Source of the DNA: Candidatus Acidiferrales bacterium
GTDB lineage: Bacteria > Acidobacteriota > Terriglobia > Acidiferrales > UBA7541
DNA: 24,000 nt
NCBI GenBank assembly: GCA_049514555.1
Contig: JBEKUY010000002.1
Location: forward strand, 131,356 to 155,355
Reading direction: 5' to 3'
Each line of letters starts with the position of its first letter. Positions within the stretch are counted from its first letter, which is position 1. The position numbers and the translations under genes are program-made. Below, piece by piece: positions 1 through 10,165 of the stretch. Under the pieces are notes generated by a model. It did no database searches. It was given only the letters and a program-made list of their open reading frames with translations, and was not told the DNA's origin.

Positions 1-8
1 GGCAGGAC

Positions 9-764
9 ATGAGTTTTAACCGCACCGAACTAGATAAGCTGGAACACCACGAACTGCAGCTGACCATCCTGGCAGCGGTGATCGTCCTCGTTCTGGCCGC
101 TGGGGTGGCCCTGCTGATGTACCCGTTGGTTTTCTTGCACCCCATCGAAGGGAACCAATGGACTCCCCGAATCGCCTACATCGGCTTCTGCGTCTTGTCG
201 CTGCTCTTCGTCGGGTATCTGCTCGATCGCCATCGAACGGTGCGGCGGCTGAAACAACAGTTATTGGAAGAGCTGGATCGAAATATGAAATTGCGCGATC
301 AGGCCAACGTGGACCTGCTGCACACGATACCCGATTTGCACCGCTTCCAAGACTGTTTGGCAATGGAGTACCGGCGAGCGGCGACCATGCAGCGCATGCT
401 TTCTTTGTTGATCGTGAAGGTGAGACTCTTGCGGAGCACGCCGGATTCGACGGAGGGCAGGGCAGCGCTTGGCGAAGCCGCCAGGACGATTTCCCGGAAG
501 CTAAGGCTGACGGATTCGATCTACTTGTTTGGTCCTGGTCTTTTCGGCTTGGTTCTGCCGGAGACCGACACCGCGAATGCCAAACAAATTTCTCTCCGGT
601 TGGAGGAGGTGCTTCGGGCGATCGGATCGACGAGCGACTTCTCTTTTGAGATCCTCCTCTACAACTACCCGGACCACGTGACCAGCGCCCATGAATTGGA
701 GCAGGTCGTCTCTGGCTTGATGCCTGAGAATCAACCCTGGATGGCCGGCGCCAGCACCACCTGA
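9..764 (+). CDS. Membrane protein with degenerate GGDEF-like C-terminal domain
   Basis: 251-aa ORF. It has two N-terminal hydrophobic helices (LTILAAVIVLVLAAGVALLMYPLVF; IAYIGFCVLSLLFVGYLL) and a charged helical linker. The block SIYLFGPGLFGLVLPETDTANAKQISLRLEE then aligns to the canonical RxGGDEFxxLLPETD block, with GPGLF in place of GGDEF. There is no in-frame stop between the window edge and the ATG at 9, so the true start could lie upstream. Confidence 0.6.
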   Translation: MSFNRTELDKLEHHELQLTILAAVIVLVLAAGVALLMYPLVFLHPIEGNQWTPRIAYIGFCVLSLLFVGYLLDRHRTVRRLKQQLLEELDRNMKLRDQANVDLLHTIPDLHRFQDCLAMEYRRAATMQRMLSLLIVKVRLLRSTPDSTEGRAALGEAARTISRKLRLTDSIYLFGPGLFGLVLPETDTANAKQISLRLEEVLRAIGSTSDFSFEILLYNYPDHVTSAHELEQVVSGLMPENQPWMAGASTT

Positions 765-780
765 ACTTCAACCTGGGGCG

Positions 781-2928
781 CTAGCCTGACGAGGGGAGAT
801 GGCGAGCGCCCGCACGTCCCACGTCAATCAACAATGCTCCCAACCGTTCCGGCTCCCGGACCGGCGGGAGACAGGACTGCTCGGTGCAGACGATGGCACA
901 AGCGTCGCCGGTCCCAAGATGCTCAAGCGTTTCGCGAAGGGCGACGGGAAGATGTTCGAGTGATGCGCCTGGGGTAGAGCGCAGGACGGCCTTGCCAAGG
1001 CGGAAGACGCCATTGGCGCCAGCTTCGAGGGCTTGCGCAGCCGGATCATCGGCTCGGCCCGTGACGACCACTTGCAGCGGATGCCGCGCATAAAGCATCG
1101 TCGCCAGGCCGTAGGTTGCTGCGAACATTCCGTACTGCGGAGCAACTCCGGCGAATCGTTCGAGGGTGCGCCGGGCGTACTCCTGGTAGCGCGTCTCGCC
1201 CGTATAGGCGTGCAGCCGCACAAGCGCCATTACTGCCACGGGGTTTGCCCCCGGTGTCGGGGAATCCTGCAATGGCTTCCGCCGCACGTCGAGCCCACCG
1301 ATCGGACGGGCATCCGCCGAACGATCGAAGAATCCCCCGACCTCGATGTCTCCATACGAAGCAATCGTTCGGTCCATCGCCATCGTTGCCAGACGGAAAT
1401 AGCGCGGTTCGAACGTGGCCTCATACGCATCGAGGAGCGCTACCGTCGCGAAGACTTGGTCGTCGAGGGTGCCTTCGACGGCAGGCCCGCCGATCCTGTG
1501 CCGAAATCCACGTGACTCTTCCCACGCCTCTGCGATCATCCGGTCCAGCGTTTTCAGCGCAAATGTGCGGCACTCTTCCGCGATCGCACCTCCCCGAGAG
1601 TCTCCGAGCACGCGAGCCGCGTCTAGATACGCCGAAACGAACATTGCGTTCCAGGCCACGTACAGAGTCTCGTCGACGAACGGCGCCTGCCTCGCCCGGC
1701 GTGCGTCGAGCATCCTCCTCTTCGCACGCCCCATGGCCAGCCGCAGGTCCTCTTCTTCCCGGCCCAGCATCTTCGCGATGTCTCCGGGATCGCGCGCGAT
1801 CCACAGGACATTCTTCGCCGGGTTGTGATGCATCTCCCCATGCGGCTCGACGTCGAAGTAAGGCTCCATGAGGCTCGCTTCGTCCGGGGAGAGCACCGCG
1901 CGCAGCTCCTGCTGCGTCCAGGTGAAATAATCTCCGTCGTCATCGAGTGAAAGGTCCGCGTCCTGACTGGCGTAGAACCCGCCGCGCGCGCGGTCTGACA
2001 AGACTTCGTTGACCCAGCCGATGATTCCTTCGGCGGTCTCGCGCAGCAGCGGATTCTTCGTCACCTGCCAGCCGTGCAGATAATTTCGCATCAACTCCGA
2101 ATTGTCGTAGCTCATCTTTTCGAAGTGAGGCACGATCCAACGCTCGTCCACCGAATAGCGGTGAAAGCCGCCGGCGAGCTGGTCGTATACCCCGCCGCGC
2201 GCCATCTTGACGAGCGTGGCTTCAGCCATCGCCAACAGATGCTCTTCTCTCGTCTGTTGGTATCGTTCGAGCAGCAGGTCCACGACTGAAGCATGCGGAA
2301 ACTTCGGCGCACGGCCGAAACCGCCGTTCTGTGTATCAAACAACTGCACGATCGAACCCACTTGTGCGTCGATCAGCGCCGTTTCTTCCACCGTTACCCC
2401 TGCGCCTGCGAAGGACTCCGCTTGTGCGACCGCAGCGACGAGCGACTCCGCCGCGTTCTCGAGCTCGGCGCGCCGGGTGCGGAATGCGTGCGCCATGGCC
2501 ATCAGCACGCGGCGGAATCCCGGCCGTCCCATGCTGTCGTCCGGCGGGAAGTAGGTTCCGCCATAAAAGGGCTTTCCCTCGGGTGTCAGGAAACCCGTCA
2601 AGGGCCATCCACCTTGACCGGAAATTGCGCTGATGGCGGATTGGTAGCGAGTGTCCACATCGGGCCGCTCGTCGCGGTCCACCTTCACCGGCACGAAGTG
2701 CTCGTTGATCACCGCCGCCACATCGGGATTCTCATAGCTTTCGCGGTCGATCACATGGCACCAGTGACACCACACCGCGCCGATGTCCAGCAAAATGGGC
2801 TTGTTCTCCGCGCGCGCTCTTGCGAACGCCTCCTCTCCCCATTCGTACCAGTCAATTGGCTGGTGTGCGGCCGATCGCAGGTATGGACTCGCCGCCTGCT
2901 TCAGCCGGTTTTCACGGTGTTCGCCCAC
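781..2928 (-). CDS. yyaL: Thioredoxin-domain protein, YyaL/DUF255 (SSP411-like) family
   Basis: 715-aa ORF. The N-terminus [29 protein letters not shown]...[48 protein letters not shown] is the characteristic DUF255 thioredoxin-fold signature. A long alpha/alpha-toroid-like C-terminal region follows. GTG start at 2928 with AAGGAG about 7 nt upstream. Confidence 0.85.
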   Translation of the reverse strand: MGEHRENRLKQAASPYLRSAAHQPIDWYEWGEEAFARARAENKPILLDIGAVWCHWCHVIDRESYENPDVAAVINEHFVPVKVDRDERPDVDTRYQSAISAISGQGGWPLTGFLTPEGKPFYGGTYFPPDDSMGRPGFRRVLMAMAHAFRTRRAELENAAESLVAAVAQAESFAGAGVTVEETALIDAQVGSIVQLFDTQNGGFGRAPKFPHASVVDLLLERYQQTREEHLLAMAEATLVKMARGGVYDQLAGGFHRYSVDERWIVPHFEKMSYDNSELMRNYLHGWQVTKNPLLRETAEGIIGWVNEVLSDRARGGFYASQDADLSLDDDGDYFTWTQQELRAVLSPDEASLMEPYFDVEPHGEMHHNPAKNVLWIARDPGDIAKMLGREEEDLRLAMGRAKRRMLDARRARQAPFVDETLYVAWNAMFVSAYLDAARVLGDSRGGAIAEECRTFALKTLDRMIAEAWEESRGFRHRIGGPAVEGTLDDQVFATVALLDAYEATFEPRYFRLATMAMDRTIASYGDIEVGGFFDRSADARPIGGLDVRRKPLQDSPTPGANPVAVMALVRLHAYTGETRYQEYARRTLERFAGVAPQYGMFAATYGLATMLYARHPLQVVVTGRADDPAAQALEAGANGVFRLGKAVLRSTPGASLEHLPVALRETLEHLGTGDACAIVCTEQSCLPPVREPERLGALLIDVGRAGARHLPSSG

Positions 2929-3025
2929 ACTGGCTCCTTTCGATTGGCGTGGATTGACCCGCTATCGCTGGGATTCAACTCAACTGCGCCAGGCCGTGCC
3001 GTTCCCCCTCACTTACTGCCGGCAT

Positions 3026-3499
3026 CTACTGAATGTTTTCGCCGGGCCCGTCCCTCCTGGGATCGAGCGGCTTGCGTGCGGCGAAGCCCTCGTCCTGCCG
3101 ATGGTAGAACCGGATGCGGTCCTCCCCAAGCTTCCAGCAGAGGTAGACCTCTTCACTGTCGATGATCGCCGGAAAGTCGAGCAGCCCCGCGTCCAGGTCC
3201 TTCACTAGGCAACCGGTCGAATGAATTCGGTCGATGGCCTCGCGAATGGTCTCCGTCAGATGCTCCTGCTGGAGGCGCACTTTCGCGAGCCTTTCATACG
3301 GGACAATCACGCCGCCCATCATCATGATTCGCGAGGCGGCCGCAGAGAGGTCCTTTTCCACCGCCGCGAGTCTTCGCTGGCAATGCACCGCCTCAGTCAG
3401 GATGGGCTCGACCTCCTTGCGCGTGCGTTCCGCCTCGGAGAGCGTGAAGATGCGCGGCTCCGGTTCCAATTCCGAATTGTCGCGTTCTTCGTCGCTCAT
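3026..3499 (-). CDS. DUF2203 domain protein
   Basis: 157-aa ORF. The C-terminal block GCLVKDLDAGLLDFPAIIDSEEVYLCWKLGEDRIRFYHRQDEGFAARKPL matches the DUF2203 pattern as I remember it. The start lies 18 nt downstream of the nadA stop. Confidence 0.7.
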   Translation of the reverse strand: MSDEERDNSELEPEPRIFTLSEAERTRKEVEPILTEAVHCQRRLAAVEKDLSAAASRIMMMGGVIVPYERLAKVRLQQEHLTETIREAIDRIHSTGCLVKDLDAGLLDFPAIIDSEEVYLCWKLGEDRIRFYHRQDEGFAARKPLDPRRDGPGENIQ

Positions 3500-3517
3500 G
3501 AGCTCAGGAACCCGGTG

Positions 3518-4684
3518 CTACCGCAAACTCAGCATGCGCTCGAGCGCCATGCGCGCCCAGTGCCGCGTGCGCTCGTCCACACGAATCCGGTTCACCACCT
3601 GTCCCGCCACCAGGTTCTCGAGCGACCACAGCAGGTGCTGCGGCGCGATCCGGAACATCGTCGTGCACACACACACACTCGGATCGAGCGAAATCACTTC
3701 GCGGTCCTTCAGCTCTTTGGCCAGACGGTTGACGAGGTGAATCTCCGTTCCCACAGCCCACTTCGAGCCTGGCTCCGAGCTATACACCGCGCGGATGATC
3801 TGCTCGGTCGAGCCGATCTCGTCCGCAACCTGCGCCACTTCCCAACGGCATTCCGGATGGACGATCACGCGGATGCCGGGACGCTCCCGGCGCACGCGCT
3901 CCACCTGCTCGACGCGGAATCGCTGGTGCACCGAGCAGTAGCCCTTCCACAAGATCACGCGCGCGTTACGCACCGCCTCCGGCGGGTTGCCGCCAAGCGT
4001 CTCGTTCGGGTCCCAGACGACCATTTGCTCCAGGGGAATCCCCATCCGGTAGGCCGTGTTCCTTCCGAGGTGCTCGTCGGGCAGAAAGAGCACGCGCTCG
4101 CCCCGCGCAAACGCCCAGCGCATCACCGCCGCCGCGTTCGAGCTCGTGCATACGGAACCGCCGTGCCCGCCGGTGAATGCCTTGATGGCTGCCGTCGAAT
4201 TCATGTAGGTGACCGGAACGACCTTCAGCTCGCCCAGTTCTTCGAGCTCATCCCAACAGGTCTCCACCTGCCCGATATCGGCCATGTCCGCCAACGAGCA
4301 GCCTGCGCTCAGGTCCGGCAGAATCACTTCCTGGTGCTCGCGGCGCAGGATGTCCGCGCTCTCGGCCATGAAGTGCACGCCGCAGAAGATGATGTAGCGC
4401 CCGTGCGCCTCGGCCGCCTGCTGGGAGAGTTTCAGCGAGTCTCCGCGAAAGTCGGCAAACTGGATCACCTCGTCCCGCTGGTAGTGGTGTCCGAGAATGA
4501 CCACGTCATTCCCGAGCCGGGCTTTGGCCGCTGCGATCCGCTCGCTCAGCGCCTGATCCGGCGTCAGCAGGGTACTGTCGAAATCGCACCCGACGCCAGG
4601 CTCGAGCTCCGGCGCACGAATGGTTTCCGGCTGCGCGGTCCCCGCCAGAGTGTGCGTCCTATGGATAGAAGTGAGTGACGACAT
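3518..4684 (-). CDS. nadA: Quinolinate synthase NadA
   Basis: 388-aa ORF with NadA hallmarks: GHHYQRDEVIQFADFRGDSLKLS, FCGVHFMAESADIL, AGCSLADMA, YMNSTAAIKAF, VCTSSNA, PDEHLGRN, GYCSVHQRF, VHPECRWEV, GSTEQII, CVCTTMFRI. Confidence 0.9.
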   Translation of the reverse strand: MSSLTSIHRTHTLAGTAQPETIRAPELEPGVGCDFDSTLLTPDQALSERIAAAKARLGNDVVILGHHYQRDEVIQFADFRGDSLKLSQQAAEAHGRYIIFCGVHFMAESADILRREHQEVILPDLSAGCSLADMADIGQVETCWDELEELGELKVVPVTYMNSTAAIKAFTGGHGGSVCTSSNAAAVMRWAFARGERVLFLPDEHLGRNTAYRMGIPLEQMVVWDPNETLGGNPPEAVRNARVILWKGYCSVHQRFRVEQVERVRRERPGIRVIVHPECRWEVAQVADEIGSTEQIIRAVYSSEPGSKWAVGTEIHLVNRLAKELKDREVISLDPSVCVCTTMFRIAPQHLLWSLENLVAGQVVNRIRVDERTRHWARMALERMLSLR

Positions 4685-4758
4685 GGTCTGCGTCCGCGAG
4701 GCTGAATGAGTCCCCCTCTGATTCTCTCGCGTTCTTCCCCCGTTTGCCAGAAACTCCG

Positions 4759-5742
4759 CTAACCACCAATGAACACCATGGTTCGTGCCGGCGGCCTGAA
4801 GTCGGGCTCGTTGATGCGGTGCCCGGCCTCCTTCTCCGCCACCACCGACTCGACATACCGCGCGATGTCTTCGTCCGCCGCTCCGTCCCGCAGCAGGAAT
4901 TTCAGGTCGTGGTCGTCTTTGCTAAAAAGGCAGGTGCGTAGCTTGCCGTCGGCGGTAAGCCGGATGCGCGAACAGAAGCCGCAGAAGGGTTCGCTGACCG
5001 GGGCGATCAGGCCGATCTCTCCCGGAGCGCCGTCGGCGAAGCGATATTTCCGCGCGGTTTCGCTGTGCTCGTGCGGAATCTGCTCGAGCGGCCAGCGCGC
5101 TTCGATTCGCCGCCTGACCTCCGCAGCCGTGACGACCTGTTCGCGCGTCCATCCCCGGTCCGCATCGAGCGGCATGTACTCGATGAAGCGCACGATGACT
5201 CCGCGCTCGCGAGCAAACGCCGCGAAGGCCTCCACCTCGCCGTCGTTCAGGCCGCGCACCAGCACCGCGTTCACTTTCGCAGGCTTCAGGCGCGAGGCCT
5301 GCGTGGCTTCGATTCCCGCCATCACGTTCGCGAATGATCGCGTCCGCGTCATCCGTTCGAACTTCCCCGGATCGAGCGAGTCCAGGCTGATGTTGATACG
5401 CCCGAGCCCCGCCGCCACCAGCCGCTGGCAACGCTCGGCCAATAGGTGTCCGTTCGTCGTCATCGATAGGTCTGCGACCCCCATCTTCGCGAGCCGGGCG
5501 ATGAAGTCCTCGACACCGTCGCGCACCAGCGGCTCTCCGCCGGTCACGCGAACCTTCCGTATCCCCAGCCCCAGAAAGATCCGCGCCAGCCGGTCGAGTT
5601 CCTCCCACGTCAGCAGCTCATCCATGGCCCGGTGATTTTCCGGATTCGCCGAGCGGCAGTACACACACCGGAAATTGCACCGGTCCGTGACCGAAATCCT
5701 TAGGTCGGTGATCTGCCGGCCGAATTTATCGTGTAGAGTCAT
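4759..5742 (-). CDS. moaA: GTP 3',8-cyclase MoaA (radical SAM, molybdenum cofactor biosynthesis)
   Basis: ITDLRISVTDRCNFRCVYC carries the CxxxCxxC motif. Other matches are VRVTGGEPLV, MTTNG, INISLDS, the C-terminal cluster motif CGFCSRIRLTADGKLRTCLF, and the typical ending MVFIGG. I place the start at the ATG at 5742 (MTLHDKF...) with GGAG upstream. The ORF-track GTG at 5841 would add 33 non-conserved residues and run through the leader terminator. Confidence 0.9.
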   Translation of the reverse strand: MTLHDKFGRQITDLRISVTDRCNFRCVYCRSANPENHRAMDELLTWEELDRLARIFLGLGIRKVRVTGGEPLVRDGVEDFIARLAKMGVADLSMTTNGHLLAERCQRLVAAGLGRINISLDSLDPGKFERMTRTRSFANVMAGIEATQASRLKPAKVNAVLVRGLNDGEVEAFAAFARERGVIVRFIEYMPLDADRGWTREQVVTAAEVRRRIEARWPLEQIPHEHSETARKYRFADGAPGEIGLIAPVSEPFCGFCSRIRLTADGKLRTCLFSKDDHDLKFLLRDGAADEDIARYVESVVAEKEAGHRINEPDFRPPARTMVFIGG

Positions 5743-5783
5743 CTGCGATTCTTCGCTCCGGATCTTCCCCTTGCGCCCGGTCC

Positions 5784-5823
5784 AAAAATCAAAACGCCCA
5801 AATCCGCATCTGGAGCTGGGCGC
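5784..5823 (-). terminator. Intrinsic terminator / attenuator hairpin in the moaA leader (putative riboswitch expression platform)
   Basis: Minus-strand RNA reads GCGCCCAGCUCCAGAUGCGGAUUUGGGCG followed by UUUUGAUUUUU. The stem is CGCCCA/UGGGCG plus an inner UCC/GGA with a 6-nt loop. The U-tract ends about 40 nt before the moaA ATG. Confidence 0.5.
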
Positions 5824-5854
5824 CTCGACCGCCTGAATCACGGCTGGTCGGTAT

Positions 5855-5990
5855 CATCTCCTTTCCAAACACGGGAGGCACAGGCGTTTCTGCTTGCACC
5901 CTCAGCCCGTCTCGGCGGCCCGTCAAGGCCGACAAGCTCGGGCGTCGCCCCCGCGCCTTGGGTTTTCTCTCCTTTAGGCAACGGAGGTCG
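5855..5990 (-). ncRNA. Candidate Moco (molybdenum cofactor) riboswitch aptamer
   Basis: The minus-strand leader contains ...CCUCCG...ACGCCCGAGC...GGCCUUGACGGGCC...CGCCUGUGCCUCCC...GGAAAGGAG. These resemble the conserved CCGAGC, GCCUGxGCCUCCC and GAAAGGAG blocks of the Moco RNA motif as I recall it. The location immediately upstream of moaA is the classical context. Boundaries are approximate. Confidence 0.55.
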
Positions 5991-6005
5991 GAGGTTCCAA
6001 CACTA

Positions 6006-6034
6006 ATTCTAAGCTTCCCGGAGGGCGCCTGCAA
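6006..6034 (-). promoter_or_regulatory. Sigma70-like promoter for the moaA leader (TTGCAG-N17-TAGAAT)
   Basis: On the minus strand, TTGCAG (6034-6029) is followed by a 17-nt spacer and TAGAAT (6011-6006). The predicted transcription start near 5998 sits just upstream of the riboswitch-like sequence. Confidence 0.4.
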
Positions 6035-6109
6035 CGAGGGGGCTCTCCACGCGCCGTCGCGGCGCCCGGGATGATTCCATGCTGGCCGTAGGGAGCAGCC
6101 GCTGATACA

Positions 6110-7210
6110 ATGCGTTCACCATATATGGCCGATTGGAAGCAGATCCAGGGCCGCATCCGGCGCGCGAAGACGAGCGCCGACCCTCCGGGAAAGCTCATAG
6201 AACTCTACGAAAAGACGCGGGACGCCATGGTCGCGTTCGAATTGGGGCAGCACTTCGAGCGAGCCGGAGATGCGAGCGGCGCAGGCCGGTGGTATTCGAC
6301 AGCAGCGCAGGCATTCCGGCGTCCACAGTGGAAGGCGAAGGCACAGGAAGCGTTGGTGCGTCTGGGGATGTCACCGGGCGCGGCGGTTTTCGACGCAGGG
6401 GCGCCTGTCGGGGAGAGTGCGCACGAGGAAGCAGCCTGGGGTGGGCCGGAGGTGAAGCCGGCGGAAGAAACACCCGCCCGAGCAGAGATAGAAGCGGCGC
6501 CAACCGGAGCGGCTCCGGTCGCGGGCAGCACGGAAGGGCCCAAGAAGCGGCGGCGGCGCGGGGTACGTGGCGGGCGCCGACACCGCCGAGGCCGCGGAAA
6601 GATAGGCGTGAGCGCGACGCCAACGGCCGAAGTGGCGTCGAGGCCTGCTCCGACGCCGCAGGGGTACCGGGCACCGGAAAACGCACCCGTTGAACCAAGC
6701 CTGCGCGAACGCCGCGAGGAGGCCCGGTGGACAGCGCCGCCACCGGCTCGGGTGCAGGAGGAAGAGACTCACCACGAACCAAGCCTATTCCTGCGGGGCC
6801 GCGCGGGTGACCCGGGGCTGTCCTCGCGGATGGCTCTACTGGAATCGCAGTTGCGCCGGCTGCTGGCTTGCACGCCTGGCCGATTGGACCAAGCCGACCG
6901 GGCACCGGCAGGACCGGGCGTATTCCTGATTACAGACAGCGACCAGTTGACAAACTACTATGTCGAGGCCTGCCAAACCCTGCGAATAGGGATTGGCAAT
7001 GTACTCAAGGAACGGCGGCAGTCCCCGGGAAGAAACGCGGGGGCACCTCTGAGGACCCGCTTGGCTAAACACTTGGGAATCACGGAAGCGAAGGCGGTCA
7101 AGTATTTCGCCGAACACTGCACGATTCGGTGGTTGCAGCTGGATGATGGAGCACCTTACCTCGCCAACTTTGCCATTGCCGTGTTGCGGCCCATCCTGAA
7201 CAACGAATAG
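6110..7210 (+). CDS. Hypothetical protein: helical N-terminus, Arg/Pro/Ala-rich low-complexity centre, GIY-YIG-like C-terminal domain
   Basis: 366-aa ORF. The centre contains KKRRRRGVRGGRRHRRGRGK. The C-terminus GPGVFLITDSDQLTNYYVEACQTLRIGIGNVL ... PYLANFAIAVLRPILNNE follows the GIY-x10-YxG-xA-xxLRxR ... ExxLIxxxxPxxN layout, with substitutions (YVE for YVG, and N where the Glu is expected). The start may be the second ATG at 6125, because a TACAAT box at 6106-6111 overlaps the first ATG. Confidence 0.55.
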   Translation: MRSPYMADWKQIQGRIRRAKTSADPPGKLIELYEKTRDAMVAFELGQHFERAGDASGAGRWYSTAAQAFRRPQWKAKAQEALVRLGMSPGAAVFDAGAPVGESAHEEAAWGGPEVKPAEETPARAEIEAAPTGAAPVAGSTEGPKKRRRRGVRGGRRHRRGRGKIGVSATPTAEVASRPAPTPQGYRAPENAPVEPSLRERREEARWTAPPPARVQEEETHHEPSLFLRGRAGDPGLSSRMALLESQLRRLLACTPGRLDQADRAPAGPGVFLITDSDQLTNYYVEACQTLRIGIGNVLKERRQSPGRNAGAPLRTRLAKHLGITEAKAVKYFAEHCTIRWLQLDDGAPYLANFAIAVLRPILNNE

Positions 7211-7550
7211 TTGATCCTGACACCCCTCGGCGTTCCCATTAGGAACCGGCCATATGAGAACTGGGAAGCGGGCTCGCCAGAGGCTTGCGGTACCGTGTGT
7301 TTAGCAGGATTTTAGGCCCGTTGGCTGCCTGAAAACACCGTTCAACCCCCGAATCCTGCCGTCCACCGCAGAAGGCTAGTCAAGAGCGTTCCGTCCTGGC
7401 AACCTATAGGCGCTCAAGCACTTATCTGAACGCGCCTGGAAAGGCACGGTGGTTTTGAGGTGAGCCCTCAGGGGGTTGGATGGACGGGGCTCTCCATTCC
7501 AAACACTGACCTGCATGGGTCTGATTCTTGAGAAGGAGGGGTAGAGGATT

Positions 7551-9686
<2,136 letters not shown>

Positions 9687-9716
9687 GTTCTGCTCCTTCA
9701 CGAAACATCGTTCTGC

Positions 9717-9745
9717 CAACGCCTCCCGAGATCCGGGAGGCGTTG
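9717..9745 (+). terminator. Strong stem-loop downstream of the radical SAM gene (terminator-like, no clear U-tract)
   Basis: CAACGCCTCCCG-AGATC-CGGGAGGCGTTG forms a perfect 12-bp stem with a 5-nt loop, 31 nt after the stop codon. The following sequence, CTGCATTCAGG, is not T-rich. Confidence 0.35.
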
Positions 9746-9798
9746 CTGCATTCAGGTGTTGTTCGCTACACTGAGCGGTGACAGAGTCCGGATAACTG

Positions 9799-10026
9799 AT
9801 GCCGATATACGAATACCAATGCGACGAATGCGGAACGCGTTACGAGCGCGTCGTCCTGAGAAAGACGCAGAGGATTGCCTGCCCGAAATGCCAGAGCGGG
9901 CGGAAAACCCAACAGCTCTCGGTTTTCAGCACGGCCGGAAAGTCGAATGGGTCCAGCGAGCCGCCGAGTGGATGCTCCTTCGGTGGCGGTGGCGGGTGCG
10001 CGCCGGGCGGTTGCGGCTGCCATTGA
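9799..10026 (+). CDS. FmdB-family zinc-ribbon protein (CxxC_CxxC_SSSS type)
   Basis: The 75-aa ORF begins MPIYEYQCDECGTRYERVV...IACPKCQSGRKTQQLSVFS, which is the characteristic N-terminal MPIYEYxCxxCG...CPxC pattern. The tail is Gly/Cys-rich (GCSFGGGGGCAPGGCGCH). Confidence 0.8.
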   Translation: MPIYEYQCDECGTRYERVVLRKTQRIACPKCQSGRKTQQLSVFSTAGKSNGSSEPPSGCSFGGGGGCAPGGCGCH

Positions 10027-10165
10027 GGCGCAACCAAGAAGACGCAGGAGGCGGGACCGGAGGAAAGCGCACCCTCACTGCTGTGACAAGACAGCGCCAG
10101 CATTCTTTTGACGATCCGGTTGCAATCCGGTAGATTACCACTCAACAATCTGAAGTTTCGCTACC

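Noticed and set aside
3221-4678. Long antisense or alternative-frame ORFs. Examples: 3221-4678 (+, 485 aa), 18862-20523 (+, 553 aa), 20884-21831 (+, 315 aa), 16-771 (-), 6195-6905 (-), 8751-9458 (-), 10562-11359 (-), 16539-17231 (+), 17251-17913 (+).
   Set aside because: Each lies opposite or out of frame to a gene with clear family signatures. Their translations are Arg/Ala/Pro/Gly-rich low-complexity strings with no recognisable motifs, which is the typical shadow-ORF artefact of GC-rich DNA.
5743-5841. Extended moaA start at the GTG at 5841, as in the ORF track.
   Set aside because: The extra 33 residues (MIQAVEAPSSRCGFGRFDFWTGRKGKIRSEESQ) are not MoaA-like. The extension would read through the leader hairpin and U-tract. 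The ATG at 5742 has a GGAG upstream and gives a typical MoaA length.
7397-7457. Sigma54-like -24/-12 elements upstream of the radical SAM gene: TGGCAAcctatAGGC at 7397-7411 and AGGCACGgtggTTTT at 7442-7457. A further TGGCACA lies near 13810.
   Set aside because: Only the GG/GC spacing of the first fits. The -12 regions deviate from TTGC(A/T) and no enhancer-binding protein gene is in the window. I mention it only as a weak possibility within the leader finding.
9799-10026. Small Cys/Gly-rich ORF next to a radical SAM enzyme, considered as a RiPP precursor with its maturase.
   Set aside because: The N-terminus is the standard FmdB zinc-ribbon signature (MPIYEYxCxxCG...CPxC), and I recall Gly/Cys tails being common in that family. 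The radical SAM enzyme resembles lipid-modifying Tes/GDGT-MAS proteins rather than SPASM or peptide maturases. No protease, transporter or RiPP recognition element gene is nearby.
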